Of a stretch of DNA of 64,000 nucleotides, positions 1 through 9,554 are shown one piece after another. The notes under the pieces were generated by a model. It saw only the letters and a program-made list of their open reading frames with translations, was not told the origin of the DNA and did not search any database. The stretch covers positions 1 through 64,000 of IMG/VR virus record IMGVR_UViG_3300033062_001341; one strand, written 5' to 3'. Position numbers and translations under genes: made by a program. Position 1 is the first letter of the stretch; the number at the start of each line of letters is the position of its first letter. Source of the stretch: a virus (Duplodnaviria; Caudoviricetes).

Positions 1-186
1 AGAACCATCTGTACCCGAAGTTCCTGATGTGCCATCCGAACCAGAAGTTCCACTTGTTCCTGAGCTACCATCTGAACCTGATGTACCATCCGTTCCACTT
101 GTTCCTGAAGTTCCGTCTGTTCCACTTGTTCCTGAAGTGCCATCCGCACCAGAAGTACCACTAGTTCCTGAAGAACCAGAAGTTCC
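1..186 (-). repeat. 9-nt/3-aa tandem repeat encoding (GTS/GTD/GSD/GSS)n
   Basis: GTS GSS GTS GTS GAD GTS GTS GTD... read directly from the reverse complement; continues past the window edge. Confidence 0.95.
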
Positions 187-1032
187 ACCTGTTATTGTTA
201 CCGTAATATTACCACCACCATCGTCAATCACTGTAGCACCATTGAAAGTAATTCCTGAAACAGGATTTACCGTTGTTACACCATCTCCAACAGATAAGGC
301 TGATCCAGACCCTGAAGTTATACCTGTAATTGATACTACACTACCATCACTATTATTTAAAGTTAACGTTGAAGTTCCACTATTATATGTTCCACCTGTT
401 ACGGTTCCTGTGAATCCTGTAATTGTTACCGTTTGACCGTTGTTCTCATATAACTCCAAAGTTGTTGTTGCAGAAAAATATGTACCTCCAGTGATAACTG
501 TATCGTTCATATTTGCAATTTTCCATCTTGCATTCTCATGAGTAGCACCACTAATACCTTCAATAGTTGACCCTGTCCATGCATTAACAAAAAGAGCTCC
601 AGCTTCTGTACTATTTTCACAAGTCCAGTTTATCCCGTCAAAACCTAAGGCTCCTGAAGTTTGAGCATTATTCCATAAAGTTACATAATTATCGATAACA
701 TATTGATATGTTGTATCAGCTGATATAACATATACCATCATACCCAATCTTCGTCTACCTGAAGAAATCTCATCACTGTAGAGTGTTAAAACGTTAGGTG
801 TTGAAAACGGTACATTATAGTTAAATGTTATTGGGATTGTATTCCCTGAATACAACACACTACCTTCCGTACCTGGAGGTATTGTGTAAATTAAATCTTG
901 ATGAGAATAAACTTCCATGTATCCACCAATGTTGTATACACTAAAATTTGTTCCAGTACTATTATCGAGAGCAACTCCGACTGGTCCTTCGTAGATTGTT
1001 CCCGCAATTGGGTTTTGATAATTAAAGCTCAT
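1..1032 (-). CDS. Collagen-like (Gly-X-Y; GTS/GTD/GSD) fibre protein, truncated by the left window edge
   Basis: Not in the ORF track because there is no stop in the window. Hand translation from the ATG at 1032 gives MSFNYQNPIAGTIYEGPVG...RRRLGMMVYV... open to base 1. The last 62 codons (1-186) are 20 uninterrupted G-X-Y triplets. Track ORF 29..436(+) is its antisense shadow. Confidence 0.85.
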   Translation of the reverse strand, partial: MSFNYQNPIAGTIYEGPVGVALDNSTGTNFSVYNIGGYMEVYSHQDLIYTIPPGTEGSVLYSGNTIPITFNYNVPFSTPNVLTLYSDEISSGRRRLGMMVYVISADTTYQYVIDNYVTLWNNAQTSGALGFDGINWTCENSTEAGALFVNAWTGSTIEGISGATHENARWKIANMNDTVITGGTYFSATTTLELYENNGQTVTITGFTGTVTGGTYNSGTSTLTLNNSDGSVVSITGITSGSGSALSVGDGVTTVNPVSGITFNGATVIDDGGGNITVTITGGTSGSSGTSGTSGADGTSGTSGTDGTSGTSGTDGTSGSDGSSGTSGTSGSDGTSGTSGTDGS

Positions 1033-1051
1033 GTCCTTTTTTTATTTTTTT

Positions 1052-2983
1052 TTATATTAATGTTGCTCCTTTAAAGTAAATATTATTTGCCGAAGCATTT
1101 ATTCTAAATTCTGACGAAGAATATGTCGTATAAACACGATAAGTTCCTTGAGGAATTGTTCCTCCTGTATAGTTCACTGTCAAGTTATAGTATGACGGGT
1201 TCAGATTTCTTGCTATTAATCCGTTTGGATTATTTGCAGTATTAGTTGAAACTTGTGTCATAATCTGACCATTAGTTGACCCTGTTGGAATGTACCATGT
1301 ATACCAAGCGTTAGTTGGTGTAGTTCCTGCAGGAATTTGAGTAGTTTGGAATAGATACGCCGTTATTGGATTATTATAAGCATCGAGACCACCACTTGTT
1401 CGTGAAATTAGACCAGTAATAACTGCAGGTGAGTTTATTGACCATCCTGAGTAGTTTAGGTAAGAATTTATTTGTTGGTTAAACGTTACCGCATTCGCTG
1501 TTGTTGCACCATTAACAAAGAATCCACGAAACGCAGAACCTTGTGATACCATCCAACCGTTGAAGTTAGCGGTTTGTCCTTGTGGTTCAATTGTTAAATA
1601 AGCAAATAACGGTTGATTAGTCGGTGTTGGGGTTGGTGTAGTAGTGGTTGTTACTGTATTGGTCGGAGTTTGAGTTGGGGTTTCGCTTGGTGTTTGAGTT
1701 GGGGTTTCACTTGGTGTTTGAGTTGGAGTTTCTGTTGGTGTATTTGTTGGTGTATCACTTGGTGTATTAGTTGGAGTTTCTGTAACAGTTGGAGTGTTAG
1801 TTGGTGTTTCGCTCGGAGTATTGGTTGGCGTTACGCTTGGCGTATTTGTTGGTGTATTAGTTGGAGTTTCAGTGTTAGTTGGGGTGTTAGTTGATGTTAC
1901 GCTTGGCGTATTTGTTGGTGTAACGCTTGGCGTATTTGTTGGTGTTACGCTTGGCGTATTTGTTGGTGTCTCTGTAGTAGTTGGTGTGTTTGTTGGTGTT
2001 TGTGTTGGAGTTTCTGTTTGAGAAGCAGTAATAGAAGGTGTTGGTGTTTGTGTTTCAGTTGCAGTTGGAGTTTGACCCGCTGTTGCACTCGGAGTTGGTG
2101 TTTGTGTTTGAGTTGGTGTATTAGTTGGAGTTTCTGTTGGTGTATTTGTTGGTGTATCACTTGGTGTATTAGTTGGAGTTTCGGTTTGTGTTGGAGTATT
2201 TGTTGGAGTTGAAGTTGGTGTATTAGTTGGAGTTTCACTTGGTGTGTTAGTAGGAGTTTCACTTGGTGTGTTAGTAGGCGTTTGTGTTTGAGTTTCTGTA
2301 GGTGTATTAGTTGGAGTTTCACTTGGTGTGTTAGTAGGCGTTTGTGTAGGAGTTTCAGTTTGAGAAGCGGTAATTGAAGGGGTTGGTGTTTGAGACGCCG
2401 TTGCAGTTGGTGTTAATCCTATAGTCACACTTGGAGTTGGAGTATTCGTTGGAGTTGGAGTATTTGTTGGAGTTTCTGTTTGAGTGATAGTATTTGTTGG
2501 TGTATTAGTTGGTGTGTTAGTTGGAGTCTCGCTTGGAGTATTTGTTGGAGTTTGTGTTTGAGTTATTGTATTAGTTGGTGTATTAGTTGGTGTTTGTGTT
2601 TGAGTAACTGTTGGAGTAGGTGTTGGCGTATTGCTACCAGTATTTGTTGGAGTTTGTGTATTAGTTGGAGTTAGTGTTGGCGTTTCTGTATTACTTGGAG
2701 TTTGTGTTGGAGTCCCTCCAGGTAAAGTTTGTGATGGTGTAGGTGTTGGCGTTGGTGTTACACATTCCAATGAAATGACTACCCCATTAAACATGTCTGT
2801 TCTCGTATAACCTGAACCAAATAATGATGCATCAATAAAGATACTAAATGGACCTAATGCATTAGAGTTCGAAGCTAGTCTAACGATATACGTTGTACAA
2901 CCTGAAACTGAAACTTGTTGTTCAATTGAAGTGTCGTTACAACCAGGTGCGTTATTTACGACTGAAATATTATAAAGAGACAT
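1052..2983 (-). CDS. Pro/Thr-rich mucin-like virion/fibre protein
   Basis: Track ORF 1052..3013. The likely start is MSLYNIS at 2983, with a TATTTAT motif 17 nt upstream. Small Cys-containing N-domain, about 380 aa of [14 protein letters not shown] repeats, and a globular aromatic-rich C-domain. Confidence 0.8.
   Translation of the reverse strand: MSLYNISVVNNAPGCNDTSIEQQVSVSGCTTYIVRLASNSNALGPFSIFIDASLFGSGYTRTDMFNGVVISLECVTPTPTPTPSQTLPGGTPTQTPSNTETPTLTPTNTQTPTNTGSNTPTPTPTVTQTQTPTNTPTNTITQTQTPTNTPSETPTNTPTNTPTNTITQTETPTNTPTPTNTPTPSVTIGLTPTATASQTPTPSITASQTETPTQTPTNTPSETPTNTPTETQTQTPTNTPSETPTNTPSETPTNTPTSTPTNTPTQTETPTNTPSDTPTNTPTETPTNTPTQTQTPTPSATAGQTPTATETQTPTPSITASQTETPTQTPTNTPTTTETPTNTPSVTPTNTPSVTPTNTPSVTSTNTPTNTETPTNTPTNTPSVTPTNTPSETPTNTPTVTETPTNTPSDTPTNTPTETPTQTPSETPTQTPSETPTQTPTNTVTTTTTPTPTPTNQPLFAYLTIEPQGQTANFNGWMVSQGSAFRGFFVNGATTANAVTFNQQINSYLNYSGWSINSPAVITGLISRTSGGLDAYNNPITAYLFQTTQIPAGTTPTNAWYTWYIPTGSTNGQIMTQVSTNTANNPNGLIARNLNPSYYNLTVNYTGGTIPQGTYRVYTTYSSSEFRINASANNIYFKGATLI
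1620..2760 (-). repeat. Degenerate tandem repeats (12/24-nt units; TPTNTPS[EV]) encoding the PT-rich linker
   Basis: For example, the near-exact 24-nt unit gttacgcttggcgtatttgttggt occurs three times around 1895-1970; 60-nt near-duplicates around 2245-2345. Confidence 0.95.
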
Positions 2984-3000
2984 CCGCTTATTTTTATTTA

Positions 3001-3007
3001 ATAAATA
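3001..3007 (-). promoter_or_regulatory. TATTTAT putative late promoter motif
   Basis: 17 nt upstream of the ATG at 2983; motif recurs before many structural genes. Confidence 0.55.
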
Positions 3008-3075
3008 CCACAATTATTCTATTTCCTTACTAATAGTTTTAAAAAAATAAAATGAATTATTTTTTAAATTTTTTA

Positions 3076-3495
3076 TCAACAAACTGGATATGATAATTTC
3101 AAGGAATCAACAGAACAACTTGGGTCATTAACTTTTAGCGAATTAATAAAACAACTTGGGTCAGCTAAAGTAACTCCAAAAACACAAGAAGAATTTTGAA
3201 TATTAATGTCAACAACACAACTTTCCATTTCAATTGTAATTTGAAATGCACATCCAAATGTACAATCAAGAATTTTAAAAACTTGGCATCCATTAGCATC
3301 AACTAATAAAAGCATTATTTGTGGAGCAGTATTAAAAATTGAAGGTATTACCGTGTTATAATAAACTGTAGGTGGAACTGTAGTTCCTGTGGCAATAGTA
3401 CCAATCAAAGACTGGTTATTACCGTATATGTCCGATATGTAAACATTAATCGGATTAGTACCTCCTGATATATCTGTAATTCTTATCTGCGTCAT
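3076..3495 (-). CDS. Hypothetical Cys-rich structural protein
   Basis: Track ORF 3076..3504. Likely start is MTQIR at 3495, forming an ATGA overlap with the upstream TGA stop at 3492-3494. Confidence 0.7.
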   Translation of the reverse strand: MTQIRITDISGGTNPINVYISDIYGNNQSLIGTIATGTTVPPTVYYNTVIPSIFNTAPQIMLLLVDANGCQVFKILDCTFGCAFQITIEMESCVVDINIQNSSCVFGVTLADPSCFINSLKVNDPSCSVDSLKLSYPVC

Positions 3496-5624
3496 GTTAA
3501 ACACATTATATCATAGACAATACTCAATTTAATAATAATTTCTTGTCCGTTTAATGAATTATTAGTTCGGCTTGTTTCAATTGTTATTTGATTATTAAGT
3601 TGGTCAATTATAACATTACCAACACCGTTAATACTCAACAACAAACTCTTAATTGTATCATACCATAAATTATCACTTGGCGCGACATTTAAAGAAGTTG
3701 AAGTAAAAAACGTCTGAGTTACCGAAGTACCTAATGGATTAACCATTACTTGTGCATTAAATGTTGCAGTAACTAAATCACAATTAGTATTTCCTGTTGT
3801 AAGGTCAGCAAATCCTTCGTTCATCATTTGAAGTAAACCATACTTAGTTGGTGATTGAACTTGAATTACTTCAGCCCCCATTACATACGTTTCATAAGAA
3901 ACATATGAAGTTGCACAAGTAATTGTTGTACTTCTACTTAGTGTACATCCCGCAGCATCGGTTATAATCAAAGTGTATGTCCCCGCAGTTAATCCTGAGA
4001 CTTGTATTTGTTGTGGATTACCCGAAACGTTATTAGACCAATTATAATTGAATGGTGGAGTCCCTGACGTTATAAAAGAAGTAATTGAACCACTTGAACC
4101 TTCTCCACATGAAGTGGAATATAATGAGAAGTCTAATCTTTCGCTTGGTTGAACGAAAACAACAGATGTTTGAGTACAACCTGTGGCGTCTGTAACCGTT
4201 ACAATATGTTGACCTGAAGCAACATTAGAAAATGTAACAGCGGTTAAACTTGTGTCTATAATATTTGTAATTCCGTCCAACGAAAAATCGAATGGTTCTG
4301 TTCCACCTGTAGTTCTTGTGACAACAATTGTTCCGTTTCGTTGATTACAAGATGTACCTGTAACGTTTGTTGAAATAGTAAATTTATCTTCGGCGAGAAT
4401 TGTTTTCTCATCCATATAATAACAACCTGAAGAATCACTTACGGCAACCGTATATGTTCCTGTTGTGAGAGCTGGAAATATGAAACTTGTTTGAGAATTT
4501 GTAAACGCACTTGTACTTCCATCAGGTTTAATTAATGTATATGTATATGGTAATGTTCCACCAATAACATTTATAAGAATCGAACCATCAATACTTGAAC
4601 ATGTAGAATTAGATGCAATTACCGAAACACTTGAAATACCTTGTGGTGTTTCTAAAGTTGTTCCCGCATTTAATGTACAAAACCCTGCATCTGTAACTAA
4701 GAAATTATATTGACCCGCAGTCAAATTACTAATAGTATATTGTTGAGAATACGATATTAATACGTCTCCAGTTGAGGCTGAGTAATAATATGGTGCAGTT
4801 CCACCTGTTATGATTAAAGTGACACTTCCATTTTGTTGTAAACACGATGGCGTTGTTGCGGTGAACGAACCAAACCCTATTGGGCTAACATTTGTAATAT
4901 TTGTACCACGGCTAAGTACACATCCTTTACTATCAGTAATTTGAACTGAATAGGCACCTGCTGTAAGTCCTGTCAATGTACTTCCTGTTGTACCATCACT
5001 CCAAAGATATGAATATGGTGCTAAACCTGTTTGACCTGTAACAATTATTTTACCTATCGGTGTTCCCCCACAGCTTGAGTTAGGAACGGCGTACAATCCA
5101 AAATTAAATGATGGTGATTCTTCAATAATAAAAGTCTCACTTCTTCCTGTGCAACCACCCAAATCTTGAGCTTCTAAGAAATATGTTCCAGCAGACAGAC
5201 TACCAAAAACTACCGTAGATAAGTTTGTTGCTGCGGAACTAATAAAATTATTAGAACCATCAAATAAATAATAATTTGTTGATGAATAATCTGATGTTGA
5301 GGTTCCTGTAACTGAACCATTGTTAAAGTCACAAGTTGTATTTGAGATACCAACAATACTTGCACAAACACCATCTGAAACAGGTATGTTAATATAAAAT
5401 TCTTGGTTAACAGGTAATGTGGAATCATTGACCCTGATTACATATGTTTCAGGAAATAGTCCGCTTCTTGTTGAAAATGAAACCGCTTGGTCTTCTCCTA
5501 AATTAGGTGTTGTCCATTCAACAGTATATGGCGGTGTCCCTCCTGTAGGTGTTATATTAATCGCTCCCGCTCCTACCGATTGGCAGTCACCTGTTATTTG
5601 TAATATGTAATTGAATTGTGCCAT
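3492..5624 (-). CDS. SprB-repeat (Ig-like beta-sandwich repeat) structural/adhesin-like protein
   Basis: About 7 repeats of the form G(G)TxPYxYxW...LxAGxYxvxvxDxxGC, e.g. GLAPYSYLWSDGTTGSTLTGLTAGAYSVQITDSKGC, resembling Bacteroidota SprB repeats. Confidence 0.75.
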   Translation of the reverse strand: MAQFNYILQITGDCQSVGAGAINITPTGGTPPYTVEWTTPNLGEDQAVSFSTRSGLFPETYVIRVNDSTLPVNQEFYINIPVSDGVCASIVGISNTTCDFNNGSVTGTSTSDYSSTNYYLFDGSNNFISSAATNLSTVVFGSLSAGTYFLEAQDLGGCTGRSETFIIEESPSFNFGLYAVPNSSCGGTPIGKIIVTGQTGLAPYSYLWSDGTTGSTLTGLTAGAYSVQITDSKGCVLSRGTNITNVSPIGFGSFTATTPSCLQQNGSVTLIITGGTAPYYYSASTGDVLISYSQQYTISNLTAGQYNFLVTDAGFCTLNAGTTLETPQGISSVSVIASNSTCSSIDGSILINVIGGTLPYTYTLIKPDGSTSAFTNSQTSFIFPALTTGTYTVAVSDSSGCYYMDEKTILAEDKFTISTNVTGTSCNQRNGTIVVTRTTGGTEPFDFSLDGITNIIDTSLTAVTFSNVASGQHIVTVTDATGCTQTSVVFVQPSERLDFSLYSTSCGEGSSGSITSFITSGTPPFNYNWSNNVSGNPQQIQVSGLTAGTYTLIITDAAGCTLSRSTTITCATSYVSYETYVMGAEVIQVQSPTKYGLLQMMNEGFADLTTGNTNCDLVTATFNAQVMVNPLGTSVTQTFFTSTSLNVAPSDNLWYDTIKSLLLSINGVGNVIIDQLNNQITIETSRTNNSLNGQEIIIKLSIVYDIMCLT

Positions 5625-8623
5625 TAATTAGTGTTACAATTTATATCTATCATTATACCTGTATTTAAACTCACGATTTCATCTAAATTTCTTGGTTCAC
5701 AGGTTAAAGTTGTAATTCTTAAATTATTACCGTTTAAGAAGTATGTAAACCCATAATCGTATAAACTTGGTAAAGCTGCAATTAAAGCGTTCCTCCACTG
5801 TCTATTTGATGGAACATCGGTACTTCCATATCCTGTATAAAATAGTTGGTGTATTACGGTATCTGTTCCTATGTTTAAGTCAACATACCACTGAGATTCT
5901 ATTGAATCCGCAATACATTGTGTTGACGATAAGTTATTTTGAACTAATAGTGCCGTGACTCTGTTATTCAATATCGCACTAAAGTTAGATACGTTTGTAT
6001 CACCGTTCAACCACGGATATATGAAAAAATCAACATACTCAGTTGCACAATTATATTGGAATATGTTACCAATAATATAACAAGGGTCAACAGGTACTGG
6101 TATAAATTGACAACCACGTTGTCTCCTATAAACAAATTTTTGTTTTTGAAGAATTGAGTTTTCATATCTAATACCTCCGTTCCAAATTGTTGTTGCGGGT
6201 ATCATTTGCTCTACTAACTTTAACCAATAGGGACCAATTCCCTCAACGTAGTCAATTAACTTTTGGTATGTGTATTGATTCGTTGGGACATCAGCACCTT
6301 CGGCCTCAATATACTTCCACCACAACGATTGTAGTGTTGGATATCCTCCTGTTTTACCATCAGTAATATATTGTCTATTTCTTGTATTAATCATATTCTC
6401 CCAAAAAGTTTGTGAGAATTCGAAGAACGTTTTTTTCTTTGGCTTAGGGTCAACATACGTCCAATCTACACCACCAGGAACAGGATATCCGACAGTTAAT
6501 CCTGATTCAGGAATAGGATAATCATATTCTCTTGATGTATCCCAAATAGCATAAGTTAAACCTTGTCCTGGATTCATAAATATATCCACGTTTTTAACGT
6601 TCAAGACAAGTTTTTCGTTATCAACAAAGTAATAAGCGTTGTAGTCTCCTTGGGTTGATATTCTAATTTTTTCGTCATCTTTTAACCATGACTTATTATT
6701 ATCAACAATCTTTCTCAACTTAAACCCTTCCGTCATATAAGGAAAATCTCTGAATCTATTCAAATATGTTTGACCATAAGTGAACGGTTGTAATTGAGTT
6801 TGAATATCATAATTTTGTCCTGTGAAAACATTTCCTGTAACCACCACATTATCAGGACTTCTATGTTGTGGAGTTGTTTCATACCAACCAGCTCCTATTT
6901 GGAAGAAGAAAGATTCTGTATCAACAGGAGCTTTAGGATAACCTTCAGCATCAATTGGGTAATCAGATAGTCTTATTGTTGTGTCTTCATAAACTGTAGT
7001 CGTGGTATAGGCTGTGAATGTTTGTCCTTTAACTTTATATGTTGCTCCAGGAATATATGATGGATACTCATTAACATAAGTTCCACCTGAAATTTGAGCG
7101 AATTGGGTTTCAAACTGTTCGAGATTAATTCTTTGGTCAGCCAAATAAATGTGTTCATTATATTCGATTAAAGAATCGGGAGCACCAATCAATCTCATAA
7201 TAAACTCAACAGACCTCCTTGTTCCTTTTGATTTAAACAAGTAAGCAGCGTTTAGAATAAGATTTCTGTAAAAGGCATAATTTATTTCTGTTGGTGTTAA
7301 TGCTCTAGCATAACCTGGATAAGTTGGTGTATTAGTATTACCAAATATTGATTCTAAAAAATTCTCTTCTGTAATTGGTGAAAAGTTAGATGTCCATCCT
7401 AAAGTTTGAGCTAAGTTAACTAATAATTGAGATGGTATATCATTTTCAGGATTGTAATTCACTGAGTTCATGTAAGCCAAAGCATCAATAAATTGCTTAA
7501 CCTCATCAAAACTTCTACCGTAAATTTGAAATACCTTTTCAACCTTTCTACCGAGAGTATCAAATTCTTTTAATGAATCACTTACCAAGAATCTTGAAAT
7601 TAAATTCGTTTTAAAACTATCTAAATTGACCGCAATATCTTGAAGTTGTGTTAGATAATTATCAAAATTGAACGACCTAATATCTAAATTCCATAAACCG
7701 TCTTTTGGCCATGTTACTTCTTGATTGTTAGTATAAAATTGACCGGCTTCATTTTGTTGTGGTACTTGGAAAGTCGCAGTGTATTCAGGTACAACTAATC
7801 TATTAACAAGAAATTTTTCAACCTCATCGAATGTCTCCAAAAACACTTTATCAACAATAAAATCATTTGGTCTTATTACATAATTCAAAAATGTCTCGGT
7901 ATTTCCTGTTCCGAATGGTGCACCTTGAATAAAAAATTCAAGATAACCACTTGTTAAAGTATCTGAAGGTGTGAATCCGACAACTTTAAATAAATTGTTT
8001 TCCCCTTGGTCATTTGTGAATGCTATACAGTAATCAAGATAAGTGTTGTATAAGTTTCTATAAGGAGAGACTTCCAATTCTCTCACACTTAGATTTGTTG
8101 ATGCACTGAAAGAATAATCAATATCGAAAGGGTTATTAAATCTATCAACATTAACTTTGAAATATGTTTCATCTTCAACTGAACTATACGATATATCGTA
8201 TGCAGTTGCGCCAGTAACAAATGAACTGTTGTTGAACAATACGTCAATTGACGCTGGAAAATAATTAATAATTTTTAATACAGAAACGCTAAATCTTTTA
8301 GACAACGCTCCGTACATTGAGAAGTTAAGAACCTGAGAAACATCATAGTTAGGGTATACTCTGAATTGAGTAGCCATAATACGTCTACTTTCAGCCAAGT
8401 CTTCGATATTCATACTATCGAGAGTCATCGGTTCTGAGAACGCACCTACGTTAAACTTTCTATTAACCTTTTCAGTTATTCCAGTAGTGAACTCGAAATT
8501 ACCTTGCGTCAGACCACCACCTTGTACGGTTTGTAAACCAACAATGTTGTCGGAGAAAGTCGCTGCCCCACTACCCGGTCTCGGCGGATAAAAAAATTTT
8601 GTACTTTTTATCGTTGTTGCCAT
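5624..8623 (-). CDS. Baseplate wedge protein (P2 gpI / T4 gp7-like domain), 999 aa
   Basis: Contains LLVNLAQTLGW...RNLILNAAYLFKSKGTRRSVEFIMRLIG, the LAxxLGW/KGT signature of Tail_P2_I/gp7-like wedge proteins; lies in the structural cluster. Confidence 0.6.
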   Translation of the reverse strand: MATTIKSTKFFYPPRPGSGAATFSDNIVGLQTVQGGGLTQGNFEFTTGITEKVNRKFNVGAFSEPMTLDSMNIEDLAESRRIMATQFRVYPNYDVSQVLNFSMYGALSKRFSVSVLKIINYFPASIDVLFNNSSFVTGATAYDISYSSVEDETYFKVNVDRFNNPFDIDYSFSASTNLSVRELEVSPYRNLYNTYLDYCIAFTNDQGENNLFKVVGFTPSDTLTSGYLEFFIQGAPFGTGNTETFLNYVIRPNDFIVDKVFLETFDEVEKFLVNRLVVPEYTATFQVPQQNEAGQFYTNNQEVTWPKDGLWNLDIRSFNFDNYLTQLQDIAVNLDSFKTNLISRFLVSDSLKEFDTLGRKVEKVFQIYGRSFDEVKQFIDALAYMNSVNYNPENDIPSQLLVNLAQTLGWTSNFSPITEENFLESIFGNTNTPTYPGYARALTPTEINYAFYRNLILNAAYLFKSKGTRRSVEFIMRLIGAPDSLIEYNEHIYLADQRINLEQFETQFAQISGGTYVNEYPSYIPGATYKVKGQTFTAYTTTTVYEDTTIRLSDYPIDAEGYPKAPVDTESFFFQIGAGWYETTPQHRSPDNVVVTGNVFTGQNYDIQTQLQPFTYGQTYLNRFRDFPYMTEGFKLRKIVDNNKSWLKDDEKIRISTQGDYNAYYFVDNEKLVLNVKNVDIFMNPGQGLTYAIWDTSREYDYPIPESGLTVGYPVPGGVDWTYVDPKPKKKTFFEFSQTFWENMINTRNRQYITDGKTGGYPTLQSLWWKYIEAEGADVPTNQYTYQKLIDYVEGIGPYWLKLVEQMIPATTIWNGGIRYENSILQKQKFVYRRQRGCQFIPVPVDPCYIIGNIFQYNCATEYVDFFIYPWLNGDTNVSNFSAILNNRVTALLVQNNLSSTQCIADSIESQWYVDLNIGTDTVIHQLFYTGYGSTDVPSNRQWRNALIAALPSLYDYGFTYFLNGNNLRITTLTCEPRNLDEIVSLNTGIMIDINCNTN

Positions 8624-9531
8624 TATCCTGTTATGTTTGTAAAGTTCTTACTGAAATCAATATTATTACCTCTACTTTGTCTAACCTCATATAACAACGC
8701 ATTAAATTGGTCTCTAATTTCGTAAAGATTGTATTGTCTGTAGATGTTATTTTGAGAATCGTAAATAGTGTAGATACCGTCATCAATAGATTTAGTTTGA
8801 TTACCGAATAGAGCAATCGCAAGAGATGAAATATCGTATTCAACCATTTCTACTTCGAGTGAGATTGGATTGAAGTAGGTGTTTGAAATAATAATACTTT
8901 GATTTGGCTGTCCGATAAATGGAGTAGCGTTTGGTTTGTTTGTTGGTGATGACGATGGTGATAATGTTAAAAACAATAAGTTAGCACTTCCATCAACATA
9001 TCTATATCTAACAGACTTTTGAGTTGTATTCACTTCATTAGTAACAACTGGTTCACAGAAGAAGCTTGAAGTAATAACTCTAAAGAAGTTAGGTATTTTA
9101 GAACCATCAGGATTCAAATATTCAATTCTAAATCCAACAAGTCCTTGAGGTACAAATTTATTTTGATATTGTACCGGCACGTTTGTTAAATCAACCACGA
9201 TACCCTTAACGTTTGGTAATGCACTTAATACACCACAATCTGTAATTACAGTTCTTATTTGTGCAGGTCTTAAATATAATGTATAAATTCCGAGAGCGTT
9301 GAATTGTTCTGCCGGTAATGTAAGATTATACAATCCACCCAATACTTCAACACCCGCATTCCCACCTGTTTCAGAATTATTGAAATAAGGTTGTAAGATA
9401 CTTTGAGCATCTAATGTAGTAAGGACAACGTTATCGGTCACATCCCTTGTAGGAGTGTATGCCATAATAATGTCTACATCTTGAGGGCTAACATCTGAGG
9501 GTCTGATTGTACCGTATGAACCTATTGCCAT
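8623..9531 (-). CDS. Hypothetical virion structural protein (302 aa)
   Basis: Long ORF, TAATG-coupled to the next gene, with a TATTTAT motif upstream. Confidence 0.7.
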   Translation of the reverse strand: MAIGSYGTIRPSDVSPQDVDIIMAYTPTRDVTDNVVLTTLDAQSILQPYFNNSETGGNAGVEVLGGLYNLTLPAEQFNALGIYTLYLRPAQIRTVITDCGVLSALPNVKGIVVDLTNVPVQYQNKFVPQGLVGFRIEYLNPDGSKIPNFFRVITSSFFCEPVVTNEVNTTQKSVRYRYVDGSANLLFLTLSPSSSPTNKPNATPFIGQPNQSIIISNTYFNPISLEVEMVEYDISSLAIALFGNQTKSIDDGIYTIYDSQNNIYRQYNLYEIRDQFNALLYEVRQSRGNNIDFSKNFTNITG

Positions 9532-9545
9532 AATTTAGTTTTTTA

Positions 9546-9552
9546 ATAAATA
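9546..9552 (-). promoter_or_regulatory. TATTTAT putative late promoter motif
   Basis: 14 nt upstream of the ATG at 9531. Confidence 0.55.
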
Positions 9553-9554
9553 GT

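Noticed and set aside
29-436. Plus-strand 135-aa PEVP-rich ORF
   Set aside because: Antisense shadow of the GTS repeat in the minus-strand gene 1..1032.
1613-2674. Several short ORFs (VGV-rich, WCISW-rich, QLIH-rich) in alternative frames
   Set aside because: By-products of the Thr/Pro tandem repeats in gene 1052..2983; no independent start context.
1620-2760. Possible CRISPR array or DGR repeats
   Set aside because: Repeats are contiguous, in-frame and degenerate at third codon positions, with no unique spacers. No cas or reverse-transcriptase gene is in the window.
3035-3075. A/T-only inverted repeat (AAAAAATAA...TTATTTTTT) as a terminator
   Set aside because: No G-C pairs; expected by chance in this AT-rich spacer.
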